64,000 nucleotides of DNA from a virus. Lineage: Duplodnaviria; Caudoviricetes. The notes below the pieces were generated by a model. That model had not been told where the DNA came from, did not search any database, and was given only the letters and a program-made list of their open reading frames with translations. A program made the position numbers and the translations under genes. This document shows, one piece after another, positions 1 through 9,840 of this stretch (its first letter is position 1; each line of letters begins with the position of its first letter). Location of the stretch: the IMG/VR virus record IMGVR_UViG_3300028833_000087, positions 32,001 to 96,000 of that record. One strand, 5' to 3'.

Positions 1-13
1 AAGGAGTATTATC

Positions 14-622
14 ATGCAGATCCAAGAAAATGGCTCAATTAATAAATTATGGATGAAGTATGCTAAGGGGATTTTGAAATCTAATGAAATCCCCAATGCA
101 TATTTTATTGTAAATGATAATATACTGTTAATAGTATTACATTCAACGATATTATATTCTGTTACATTACCAGAACACACAGGAATTTATAAATCATTTA
201 CAGCTTTTATAGATGATAATAAAGAAATGATTCCTGTAGAATTAAATGAGAATTATAATATAAATATAAACAAAACAAGAGAATATTATTATAATTTATA
301 TTATAATTTTAATCAGTATCAAATAATGTATTCTGATTTTAATGTAACAGAAAATCCTAATTATAAAGAATTAATGGATCTTAAAGCTGCAGACGGTATG
401 AGATTATATAAAATACATGCAATAATAGCTTTAGGTATGGTTCATGTATGGTATGTACCTGTATTTTCAGGATTTCCGTCATTAAATAAATCTGATACAG
501 CAGATATTCATATTAGAAAGTCTAATATGAAAGATAAATATTATATAGTAAATTATAAGATTCATAAAGCAAAAATAAAAACAGATGTAGATATGTGGTT
601 TACAGCTGTAGAATTGGGGTGA
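14..622 (+). CDS. hypothetical phage protein
   Basis: 202-aa ORF with AAGGAG RBS; no motif recognised. Confidence 0.7.
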   Translation: MQIQENGSINKLWMKYAKGILKSNEIPNAYFIVNDNILLIVLHSTILYSVTLPEHTGIYKSFTAFIDDNKEMIPVELNENYNININKTREYYYNLYYNFNQYQIMYSDFNVTENPNYKELMDLKAADGMRLYKIHAIIALGMVHVWYVPVFSGFPSLNKSDTADIHIRKSNMKDKYYIVNYKIHKAKIKTDVDMWFTAVELG

Positions 623-626
623 TCAT

Positions 627-923
627 ATGAGAAATCCTGTTATTGTAGATCCTATAAGTTTTATTCAGAAATTTCTTGATAAACAAGAAAAAACCAGAAT
701 ATATATTTATAAAGAATTACAAATACTACACGATATAGACATAGATAATAGCTACAAAGAACAATATCTGAATACTATGTTTACAGAATTATATTTTAAA
801 TGCGCTAATAATACTGTAAGAACTAAATGTCTTAAATGCAAATATTCAGAAGAATGTGATAAATATAGGTCTGAAGCATTACGCACTTTAGAAATTCCGC
901 AATTTAATCCATATGAAATGTAG
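627..923 (+). CDS. small Cys-motif protein (paralog of 932-1300)
   Basis: ELYFKC...C..CKY.EEC.KYR pattern shared with the next ORF. Confidence 0.6.
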   Translation: MRNPVIVDPISFIQKFLDKQEKTRIYIYKELQILHDIDIDNSYKEQYLNTMFTELYFKCANNTVRTKCLKCKYSEECDKYRSEALRTLEIPQFNPYEM

Positions 924-931
924 GAGGAAAT

Positions 932-1300
932 ATGCTTCTTTACCAACGAATGTTAATAAAAGATATACAAATACATGGAATAAAAGAATCTAAAATAGAT
1001 GAATCTTTAAAAGAAAAAGTTCTTTTGGATATGTATTATAAATGCTCATTAGAAACTACTGAACAAGAATGCAATGAAACTTGTTGTAGATATAAAAATG
1101 AATGCTATAAAATGAGAAAAGCAGATATGGAAGAATATATGAAGGTTGTTAATGAGAATGGAAATATTGCTGATCAAGAAGGTAAATGTGATATTTTAAC
1201 AGGTGAAGCGCCAGAAGCATCAAGATATAATATTACTTGTTGTAAAAATTGTTATAGATTTCATATTTGTTTAAGAGCAGCAAATAAGGAGAAAGAATAA
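932..1300 (+). CDS. small Cys-rich protein, possible zinc binder
   Basis: AGGAGG RBS; DMYYKC...C...CCRYKNECYKMR and C-terminal CCKNC...C. Confidence 0.65.
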   Translation: MLLYQRMLIKDIQIHGIKESKIDESLKEKVLLDMYYKCSLETTEQECNETCCRYKNECYKMRKADMEEYMKVVNENGNIADQEGKCDILTGEAPEASRYNITCCKNCYRFHICLRAANKEKE

Positions 1301-1957
1301 TGGGATACTATTTTAATCTTATAAATGATTGGTTTGGTAAAAATAAATTTAAAATTTCGTTTTATAAAAGAACTTCTGTTATGATTAAACCAGGACTTAC
1401 AGTCCTGGTTGGATGTAATGGTATTGGCAAGACAACTTTTCTTCAACAATTAGAATGTGATCTTAAAGAAAAGAAAGAGAAATATATATTTTATAATAAT
1501 CTTTTAGATGGTGGAAACAATGCAAGACAAGCTGCATTAAATAGAGATGATATAGAATTTGTTATGACTTCAGCTGTATCTAGTGAAGGAGAAAATATAC
1601 AGCTTAATATTGGTAGGCTTGCTGGAAGAATTGGATATCTAATACATAATAAATTGGAGCAAAAAGATAAAAAAAATATTTATATTGCTCGATGCAGTTG
1701 ATTCTGGATTAAGTATAGATTATATAGATGAATTAAAAGAAAAACTGTTTCAATTTATAATAGATGATTGTAAGAAAAAAGGTATAGATATATATTTTGT
1801 AGTATCTGCTAATTCATATGAGATGGCTAGAGAATCAGATTGTTTTGATGTATATGAAGGCAAGTATAAAAAGTTTAAAGATTATGAAGAATATAGAGAG
1901 TTTATCTTAGAAAGAAGAAAAATAAAAGAAATGAGGTATGGTGATGAAATTGATTAG
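1300..1957 (+). pseudogene. ABC-type P-loop ATPase split by a frameshift in an A8 run (1669-1676)
   Basis: Walker A GCNGIGKT and signature-like SSEGE lie in 1300-1701; Walker B/D-loop LDAVDSGLS lies in 1685-1957; removing one A gives contiguous DKKIFILLDAVDSGLS. Confidence 0.75.
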
Positions 1958-2873
1958 TTACGAATCTTCGTTAGAAAGATCAGATCACATGTTTAAGAAT
2001 ACATTAATAAAAATTTTACTTAATGGATCAAAGGATATTAATCCTAGACCTAAATATGCAGATGGCACACCTGCTCATACAATAAGCATTAATGGTGTTG
2101 TAATGAAGTATGATTTATCTAAGGGAGAATTTCCTTTAATTTCATTAAGACCTATAGCATATAAGTCTGCTATTAAAGAGATTTTATGGATTTATCAAGA
2201 CCAGACATCTGATCTTAATATATTAAGAGATAAGTATGGAGTTACTTGGTGGGATGAATGGGCAGTTCCCGATCCTGTATCTCCTAATGGATTGATGAAA
2301 ACTAGTTCTTCTATAGGATCCTGTTATGGTCATACCGTTAAGAGATATGATATGATGAATAAAATTCTTGATGGATTGAAGAATGATCCTGATTCAAGAA
2401 GACATATTATAAATCTTTGGCAGGAAGAAGAATTTAAAGAACCTCATGGATTAAAACCTTGTGCTTTATATACTCAGTATATTGTAAGACATAATAAGAA
2501 TGAAGAGACAGGAGAGAATACAGATTATCTTGATGCTATTCTTATGCTTAGATCTTCAGATTTTATTATGGCAGGTACAATTAATGCAGTTCAGTATGCT
2601 GTATTATTATGCTTAGTTGCTAGGCATTGTGGTTATGAACCTGGTGAGTTAACTGTAATGTATAATAACTGCCAGATTTATGACAGGCATATAGAAGCTG
2701 CTAAAGAAATGGTTAATAATAGAAAAACTGTACATGGTAATCCCAAAGTGGTATTAAATCCTGATAAGACAAATTTCTATGATTTTACAATAGATGATAT
2801 TACTATTGAAGGATATCCTATTAAAACTATAAAAGATCAGAATCCTCAGTTTAATTTAGATATTGGTATTTAA
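1938..2873 (+). CDS. thyA: thymidylate synthase
   Basis: EILWI, WDEWA, YG, PDSRRHII, catalytic PC, RSSD...N (dUMP-specifying Asn), QIYDRH. Confidence 0.92.
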   Translation: MVMKLISYESSLERSDHMFKNTLIKILLNGSKDINPRPKYADGTPAHTISINGVVMKYDLSKGEFPLISLRPIAYKSAIKEILWIYQDQTSDLNILRDKYGVTWWDEWAVPDPVSPNGLMKTSSSIGSCYGHTVKRYDMMNKILDGLKNDPDSRRHIINLWQEEEFKEPHGLKPCALYTQYIVRHNKNEETGENTDYLDAILMLRSSDFIMAGTINAVQYAVLLCLVARHCGYEPGELTVMYNNCQIYDRHIEAAKEMVNNRKTVHGNPKVVLNPDKTNFYDFTIDDITIEGYPIKTIKDQNPQFNLDIGI

Positions 2874-2926
2874 ATAAAGGGAGCTACGGCTCCCTTTATT
2901 TTTATTATCATTTAAACACGAGTATA

Positions 2927-3682
2927 ATGATAATAAGGAGGTACCATAAAATGGATTTAAAAGCTAGATACCTACATTTAGAAACTAAACAAACTCCTAT
3001 GGAAATTCCATACGATCACAATAGAGCTGTATATCAAGATTCATATCCTGAACAAAATCAAGAATTTTTAAATAAAAGATTTAATCTTACATTTAGAGAT
3101 CTTAGACAACCTGATACAATTCTAGAGGAATTTGAAGAAAAAGAAGTAAGACAAAGAATATTTAAATGTATAAGATGGGATGTTTCTGAACCTAAAAGAT
3201 GTGTATTTGTTTCTGAAGATTTTGAGTATATTGTACAATTTACTGTAGAAAATGTCCATCCGTTTTCTGTAGATGTATATAACGATACAGAAGGATATTT
3301 ATATACTGTAAGAATTATTAATTCAGTATATGAGCAAGTTGCAGCATATCCTGAGCAAGAAATAAATGTAATAGGATTGGCAGGCACAATTCAATATGGA
3401 TGGATATTTAATGATAGAATGCTTAAAGAGGATACTAATCCTCAAAAAGCTATCGTATTAATGTCTACTTTATCTGAACCTCTTAGTGATATATTTATCA
3501 CTATTAATGATGAAGATAATACTTTTAAGGTATATGATGGCTCTGAAGTATGGTTTAAAATTGATGAGGATTTTGTTCCTCCACAAGAGTTACAGAATTT
3601 GCCAAGTACTCAAAAAATCGTAAAATATAGAGAGTATTATTTTAGAGGGAGAGTACCTTATGGAATACATGAAGATAGCTGA
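2927..3682 (+). CDS. hypothetical protein
   Basis: 251-aa ORF; true start may be ATG 2951 after AAGGAGG. Confidence 0.7.
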   Translation: MIIRRYHKMDLKARYLHLETKQTPMEIPYDHNRAVYQDSYPEQNQEFLNKRFNLTFRDLRQPDTILEEFEEKEVRQRIFKCIRWDVSEPKRCVFVSEDFEYIVQFTVENVHPFSVDVYNDTEGYLYTVRIINSVYEQVAAYPEQEINVIGLAGTIQYGWIFNDRMLKEDTNPQKAIVLMSTLSEPLSDIFITINDEDNTFKVYDGSEVWFKIDEDFVPPQELQNLPSTQKIVKYREYYFRGRVPYGIHEDS

Positions 3683-4565
3683 TTTTAAAGAAAATAAAAT
3701 TATAATAAAGAAATCTGATAAATTTGTAATAAATAATCTTATGCCTGTAGGATTTAGAGAACAGGAAAAGAATAATTTTATTTTTCTTTTTTTAGCTAAT
3801 CAAGATTTTGATGATACCAATATATATTTACAGTTGTTCTTTTCTGCTTCAAATCAGTTTGAATATGATTCTATAAAAAGGCATCCTAATTATATAAAGA
3901 ATTATAAAAATAATCCGGATTCTCTTGATATGTATAAAAAGATGATATCTAATATAAATAAAGATAATTTATATATTACAGATTTTTATATGACAAGAAA
4001 TCCGGATTTCCCGTTATATTATAATTCTTATGCTTATAAAGTCATAAATGATACTGATATTGAGAAGATGAATATATTTATTCCAAGGAATACTTTTGTA
4101 AAATTGAAGTGTTTATTGGGAAATTATAATATATTATCACCATTGCTTCCTACATCTTTAATGTATAAATTAAATATACAGAATATAAAATTTTCTCTTG
4201 TTAGCAGAATAAAGAATATTGGATCTACAATGGTTAGGCACAATGAAATTGATTATATAGATACTCATTATGTAATAAGAGCCGATAATAAAATCTACGC
4301 TATAAATTATAGATCCAAACCAAAACCTCATTTTCTTCCAATGAATATAATGGGACAAGATGATTTTTCTAAATATAAAAATGATTATTATTTAGAATAT
4401 ATATTTACATTTGAAGATAAAGTATATATTATATATCCTGAAGAAAATGATAATAAAGTGATTCTTATAATTGACAAGGATCAAATAAATAATACAAATT
4501 TTATAAATCCATATAATACGATTTACAAGGAGGAAAAGAGAAATGAGAGCACTGAAAATCAATGA
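3660..4565 (+). CDS. hypothetical protein
   Basis: 301-aa ORF overlapping its neighbours in an operon. Confidence 0.7.
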   Translation: MEYMKIADFKENKIIIKKSDKFVINNLMPVGFREQEKNNFIFLFLANQDFDDTNIYLQLFFSASNQFEYDSIKRHPNYIKNYKNNPDSLDMYKKMISNINKDNLYITDFYMTRNPDFPLYYNSYAYKVINDTDIEKMNIFIPRNTFVKLKCLLGNYNILSPLLPTSLMYKLNIQNIKFSLVSRIKNIGSTMVRHNEIDYIDTHYVIRADNKIYAINYRSKPKPHFLPMNIMGQDDFSKYKNDYYLEYIFTFEDKVYIIYPEENDNKVILIIDKDQINNTNFINPYNTIYKEEKRNESTENQ

Positions 4566-5550
4566 CATGTTAAAGCATGATAGTACGATGCTTTATAATC
4601 AGAATTATTATGATAATAAGGAAAAATCTTCTGATACTGAAGAGAAACAGATTGCTGGATTAAATATACCTTCTGATCTTGATGTAAATAAATTTATTAA
4701 ATCTGATGATGATAAAATTATTAAAAGTATTACACCTTTGACTTTATATAATTATAAAGTATCATATCATGATTATGTGCAATTATCTTATTTAGTAAAA
4801 AATGCTACCGGAAAAATATTTATTATTTCTACAATATATGATGCTGTATATGAAGGGGATGATAAAATTTTAGATTTTATTAAAAATCATGTATCATTTT
4901 ATGATGATAAACAATATATAGATAATAAATCCAGGGAGCTTGTTAATAAAACATTAATAAATACATTACCTAATTTTTATTTTGATGGAAATATTGATTT
5001 TGTTGGCGAAAATACATTTTCTATAAATGCAGTTGTAGGTGACGGTATCTATGAGAATGAGGTACAATTTACATTCGATATTGCTATTGCAAATACTATT
5101 AAATTTACTCAGGTTTATATTAGTGAATGTACTTTAAATAATCATGATATTGTATTATGTAATATTCATGGCTCTAATGATACTGAAATGAATTTGTTTA
5201 TAGTGGATAAGGTATTAGATATTATTAATATTGCCACTGTGAATGAACAAAAGACTGCTATATCTATAATGCTTAAAGTTGCTGATAAAGAAGGCAATGA
5301 ATCATTTGTATTATTCTTATGCAATTATGTAAATAATAAAATTCTTAGCAAAGTTAATAGTACACTTGATGATATTTCTAATATGTATAATAATAACGAG
5401 GATTATTGGTTAGCTGAATTCTTCTATAGTACAAAAATAGGAGATGATGGTTGTGTAATTTATTCTACTAAGAATAACAAGTGCAAATATACAACCTTTA
5501 TATTCAATAAAGAATCTGTAGATCAAATTGAAGTATTATTAAATAAATAA
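4543..5550 (+). CDS. hypothetical protein
   Basis: 335-aa ORF with AAGGAGG RBS. Confidence 0.72.
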   Translation: MRALKINDMLKHDSTMLYNQNYYDNKEKSSDTEEKQIAGLNIPSDLDVNKFIKSDDDKIIKSITPLTLYNYKVSYHDYVQLSYLVKNATGKIFIISTIYDAVYEGDDKILDFIKNHVSFYDDKQYIDNKSRELVNKTLINTLPNFYFDGNIDFVGENTFSINAVVGDGIYENEVQFTFDIAIANTIKFTQVYISECTLNNHDIVLCNIHGSNDTEMNLFIVDKVLDIINIATVNEQKTAISIMLKVADKEGNESFVLFLCNYVNNKILSKVNSTLDDISNMYNNNEDYWLAEFFYSTKIGDDGCVIYSTKNNKCKYTTFIFNKESVDQIEVLLNK

Positions 5551-5551
5551 A

Positions 5552-5596
5552 AAAGAGTTTGGTCCTAGGGGATATGCCCCTAGGACCAAACTCTTT
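5552..5596. terminator. 20-bp hairpin, likely bidirectional intrinsic terminator
   Basis: aaagagtttggtcctagggg / cccctaggaccaaactcttt perfect inverted repeat, 5-nt loop. Confidence 0.8.
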
Positions 5597-5738
5597 ATGG
5601 TAAACACTAAATTTATTGCACTTTAGAAAGGTAGGTATTTCTGAATAAAATTTGCTCTAGGAGGTAACAAACTTTACAAGTGCAATTTATAATATAGTTA
5701 AACTTATAAATAAACTATTTATAAGGAGAGCTAAAATC

Positions 5739-6218
5739 ATGATTTATCCAGCTAAAATAAGCTCTTTTCTGAATAAACACCCATTATATGTTCCATATAA
5801 AATATGTAAACCAAATGAACGATTAAAATATTATAGAAGATATTGGTTTGAAGATAGACAGGAAATTATAAAGGTTTTAGAAATATATGAAATAGATGAC
5901 ATTGAATATTATTTTATAAAAATAGGGACAAGTTTATATGGATCAATACCTTATCCAGTAAAAGAAGCTACATATGAATTGGTGCCAGATACAAAAGATT
6001 TATTTTCAAGAGATAATATTATAGGAGATAATAATTATTATACAGGAGCAGAAATAAAATTTTGGTTCTTTTTACATAAAGAGATTTTAAGAAAATATAG
6101 TAAAGATATAGTATCTTTTATAGATCCAGATAGTAAAAATGTATTAAATGATAATATATATTATAAACTAGAATACTATAAAGAATCAATAAAAATAAAT
6201 AAAAAGAATATCCCCTGA
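5739..6218 (+). CDS. hypothetical protein
   Basis: 159-aa ORF with AAGGAG RBS. Confidence 0.7.
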   Translation: MIYPAKISSFLNKHPLYVPYKICKPNERLKYYRRYWFEDRQEIIKVLEIYEIDDIEYYFIKIGTSLYGSIPYPVKEATYELVPDTKDLFSRDNIIGDNNYYTGAEIKFWFFLHKEILRKYSKDIVSFIDPDSKNVLNDNIYYKLEYYKESIKINKKNIP

Positions 6219-6243
6219 GGCATAAACCTCAGGGGATATTCTT
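6204..6243. terminator. bidirectional terminator between convergent genes
   Basis: aagaatatcccctgagg / cctcaggggatattctt inverted repeat. Confidence 0.8.
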
Positions 6244-6279
6244 CAATTAGGAGAAAATATATAAACAATGAAAACAACC

Positions 6280-6894
6280 TTAGCTCATATCGTCCGGATT
6301 GTATTTGTATCTCTCACTAGCAATAACAATCTTGTTAGCACGACATACAATACTATAGGACAGCTTCGGATATTTACCAGGTTCATCCTTTGCATAAGAA
6401 ACAGTAGTTGCAAAATAGCAAGGATAGTATGCAACTAATTCTGCAAGTAATTTAATTTCATCTGTATTCAGATCTTCATCCTGTCTATCTTCATCGTTAA
6501 GAATATGAAGAATCTCAAGCAGTCTATCAGCCTGCTCTTTAGGAAGATCTATATCTGATCTTACAAAAATATACGTTGTATATTCCTTGTCTTCATTAAA
6601 CCAAGCCAAACGACTCTTGGTAAAATATTCAGAAAGCAACGGAATAGATGTTAATGATACAGGTCTAGAATCCAGACATTTTCTTACCACAGTAATATTT
6701 TGATTATTCAGTAATGAATCAAGACGATCTGGATCTACAGTAAAAGCTAAGTCTCTAGATGCTTTGTCATTTCTCTTAGCAGATTTTTCAATTGCAAGCT
6801 TGATATCATTGTAGTCAATAGTATACGGACGTACATTACCATGCTTGTCATTACGCGGTGTGGACTGCTGCCCATCAGTGTTAGGATTAGCCAT
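6280..6894 (-). CDS. hypothetical protein
   Basis: 204-aa ORF with AAGGAG RBS and a late-promoter-like motif upstream. Confidence 0.75.
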   Translation of the reverse strand: MANPNTDGQQSTPRNDKHGNVRPYTIDYNDIKLAIEKSAKRNDKASRDLAFTVDPDRLDSLLNNQNITVVRKCLDSRPVSLTSIPLLSEYFTKSRLAWFNEDKEYTTYIFVRSDIDLPKEQADRLLEILHILNDEDRQDEDLNTDEIKLLAELVAYYPCYFATTVSYAKDEPGKYPKLSYSIVCRANKIVIASERYKYNPDDMS

Positions 6895-7036
6895 CTTTTC
6901 AGTCTCCTTTTCTTTTTATTAGATTTGATAAATAAATTAGCTCTCATCAAATGATGATTAATGTAATGTATAGAAAATCATTAAAAATAACAAGCATATT
7001 TAACTCTCATATAATCATATTATAGGAGGTTATACA

Positions 7037-7765
7037 ATGGAAACTGTTATAGATGAATATGGTATTAAACTTATAAAGAAAATTGAAAAGTGTCATTTAA
7101 CTGCAGTAAAATCTCCTTTTGGAAATATTATAGGATATGGACATAAATATTCAGATAAAGAGAAAATAACTCAAGAAGAAGCAGAAGAATTATTAAAATT
7201 AGATTGGATAATTTGTGCAGATTTTGTTTATAATAAAGAATATGTACCATTTATAGATTTATTAAATAAAAATCAAATAAATGCTTTAATATCATTTACT
7301 ATGGATTGTGGTGTTGTAAGTTTAAAGAAATTATGTGTAAGACCTTTATCTAAAATTCCAAATGCTATGCTTGGTTTTATTTCTGTTGAAGGAATTCCAA
7401 ATGAAGAAAAAGCTAAAAGAAGATTTATAGAACGTGCTATATTTTTATCTACAGAAGATAATAAAAATATAGAGAATATAAAAGAAATAGATCAAGCAAT
7501 GCTTAATAGACTATTTGATAAAAAATATGTAAATAAATTTCCGGTTCCTGATAAAGAATTTTCAAGAAATAAATGTAATCTTGATCAAACAAAATGGTTA
7601 CAGACAGCATTAAAATATGTAGGCTATTATAATGGAAATATTGATGGTGTATTTGGTTCAGATACATATAATGCTGTAAAGTTGTTCCAAAAGGAATATA
7701 CTTTTAAAAAGCCAGATGGTATTATGGATTTAGAATCTATAAATATATTACAAAAATTAGTATAA
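7037..7765 (+). CDS. GH24 lysozyme-like domain plus C-terminal peptidoglycan-binding domain
   Basis: GIKLIKKIE...IGYGH, ITQEEAEELL, LNKNQINALISF, RR..E..IF; C-terminal WLQTALKYVGY...IDGVFG..T..AVK.FQ. Confidence 0.85.
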   Translation: METVIDEYGIKLIKKIEKCHLTAVKSPFGNIIGYGHKYSDKEKITQEEAEELLKLDWIICADFVYNKEYVPFIDLLNKNQINALISFTMDCGVVSLKKLCVRPLSKIPNAMLGFISVEGIPNEEKAKRRFIERAIFLSTEDNKNIENIKEIDQAMLNRLFDKKYVNKFPVPDKEFSRNKCNLDQTKWLQTALKYVGYYNGNIDGVFGSDTYNAVKLFQKEYTFKKPDGIMDLESINILQKLV

Positions 7766-7866
7766 ATATATCCTCCAGGAAAAATTCCTGGAGGATTAAT
7801 TTTCTTTATAATTGTATATTATAATTATGGTAAATACATTAAATTTATACCGAAAGGAGAAACAAA

Positions 7867-8091
7867 ATGAAAAGTATTTTAAAGAAAGTTGCAACAGATG
7901 ATGAATTTAACGAAAGGAATGATATTGACCAGAACGGTGAATATATAATAGCCGAAGGTGATATCAAAGATCTTATTATTAAAGCAAAATCTATTTCTGA
8001 TGCTTGTAATGGTGAAGAAGTAGAAATGCGAATTGTAGATAAAGATGGTACAACAAGACATACATTTGATGAAAATGGAATGGTAAACTAA
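7867..8091 (+). CDS. hypothetical protein
   Basis: RBS, downstream of a TATATTATA promoter motif. Confidence 0.6.
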   Translation: MKSILKKVATDDEFNERNDIDQNGEYIIAEGDIKDLIIKAKSISDACNGEEVEMRIVDKDGTTRHTFDENGMVN

Positions 8092-8105
8092 GAAAGGAAA
8101 TAAAA

Positions 8106-8363
8106 ATGATTATACATGGTACAGTATCAAGAAGACCAAATGAAAGTGATAAAAATCAATATCTTGTTAACAAAGTAGTAGGTATATCTACAGATCATAC
8201 TCCGATTGAACGGCCTTTCCAAATCTTTAATAGTAAAGAAATACTTGAATTATGGTGGGAAGGACTTGAAGAAGATCGTAAGAAAGATATGATTATTTAT
8301 CGTTTTTGTGACGGTAAAAATCCTAAAATGTATACTATTAAAACAAATAAAAAAGGAGAATAA
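8106..8363 (+). CDS. hypothetical protein
   Basis: 85-aa ORF with RBS. Confidence 0.6.
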   Translation: MIIHGTVSRRPNESDKNQYLVNKVVGISTDHTPIERPFQIFNSKEILELWWEGLEEDRKKDMIIYRFCDGKNPKMYTIKTNKKGE

Positions 8364-8365
8364 AA

Positions 8366-9580
8366 ATGGGTAAAAAGAACGATGTAATGAAGAAGTACAA
8401 TGCAATTTCTATGTATGGTGGGAGAATTCTGTCTTCTAGATATGTAGAAAATATCAAGAATGACCTGGTTGATCTGGTTAAAAACAAGGTCAAAGATCAT
8501 TTTGGTAAGGAATTTTATATTACAGATTCTCTTACCAATAGTCCGAATAATAAGTATTTATTCGACTGGCTGAAGAAGTATGACAAAGATTTTGAAGTGC
8601 ATTATTCTAAGCATTCTGAAACTATTACAGATTTTATCAAACTGATTCCGGTAACAAAAGATACATTTATCTATATTGCAACCGGTAACAAGATCGATAG
8701 ATATAATATCTACAATCTGATCAATACGAAAGAGAATCGTAAAGATTATGATATGTATGTATATATTGGCGGTAAGAAAGCCAGAAAGTATATCAGAGAA
8801 TTTGAAAAGATGATGGAACTTCGCAATACAATGAACCGTTCCAATAAGATCTATATTGTAAACGAGGTATCAAATTCTGGATATTCTAATATCAATGTTA
8901 TCGATCTTAAGAAGCGCGAAACAGATACATTGTATTTCTCTAATGGGGAAATGGATCGTATCATTAAGCATATCGATCATTTCGAAACAACCAAGTCAAT
9001 GTATACTGATAAGCAGCTTCTGTACAAGACAGGTATTCTTCTTTATGGAGAGCCCGGTACAGGTAAGTCTTCTCTTGCCAATGCGATAGCTACAAAATAC
9101 AAAAGATCTATTATCACTATCAGTATGAATAAGGTATCTGAGATTGATTTTGGTCAGTTAACTCTTTTGATCAATAATGATGATCTTGATACTTATATAA
9201 TTCTGATGGAAGATATCGATACTCTGTTCTTGAATCGTGAAGATGAGAAAGCAACTGATAAGAATTATAATGATATCATCAATCAGCTGCTTCAGTTCCT
9301 TGATTCAAATACATCTCCGAATAATGTAATCTTCGTAGCTACTACAAACCATGTAGATAAGCTCGATGCTGCATTGCTTCGTGAGGGTCGCTTTGATCTT
9401 AAGATTGAAGTAAAAGGATTAAATAATGATTCGGATATTAACAGAATGATAAAATCGTTTGGTATATCTGAAGATAAAATTCCTTCGATCCTTAAAGATT
9501 ACAAGAACTCTGTGGATAATTTTGACGGAGTATATAATCAATCAAAATTACAGAGTATCATTATTAAGTATATTGAATAA
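8366..9580 (+). CDS. AAA+ ATPase (BCS1-like)
   Basis: GILLYGEPGTGKS, Walker B IILMEDID, TTNH..KLD.ALLREGRFD. Confidence 0.9.
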   Translation: MGKKNDVMKKYNAISMYGGRILSSRYVENIKNDLVDLVKNKVKDHFGKEFYITDSLTNSPNNKYLFDWLKKYDKDFEVHYSKHSETITDFIKLIPVTKDTFIYIATGNKIDRYNIYNLINTKENRKDYDMYVYIGGKKARKYIREFEKMMELRNTMNRSNKIYIVNEVSNSGYSNINVIDLKKRETDTLYFSNGEMDRIIKHIDHFETTKSMYTDKQLLYKTGILLYGEPGTGKSSLANAIATKYKRSIITISMNKVSEIDFGQLTLLINNDDLDTYIILMEDIDTLFLNREDEKATDKNYNDIINQLLQFLDSNTSPNNVIFVATTNHVDKLDAALLREGRFDLKIEVKGLNNDSDINRMIKSFGISEDKIPSILKDYKNSVDNFDGVYNQSKLQSIIIKYIE

Positions 9581-9680
9581 GACTAATTCTCTTTATTCGT
9601 ACCTTTCTTTCCTTAGGGGATAGGCATAATAGCCTATCCCCTTTGGTATGTTAATTTATTTTTTAATTATATAATATAAG

Positions 9681-9812
9681 TATGATAATGAGTGTTTCAT
9701 CATTTTCACTCGTTATTAATCAATCATCTTATCCATTTTAGGGGAGATCGGTAGCCTCCCTAATAAAGGCCGAAATAAAGCAGAGTTCTCAAGCCCCTCT
9801 GCTTTATTTTTT
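9681..9812 (+). ncRNA. putative small RNA: hairpin, H-type pseudoknot and terminator
   Basis: Promoter motif 9670-9678; hairpin 9684-9717; pseudoknot 9738-9773; terminator aaataaagcagag/ctctgctttattt followed by T run; no ORF. Confidence 0.5.
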
Positions 9813-9840
9813 CTTCAGACCCACATTTTATTAATCGGAG

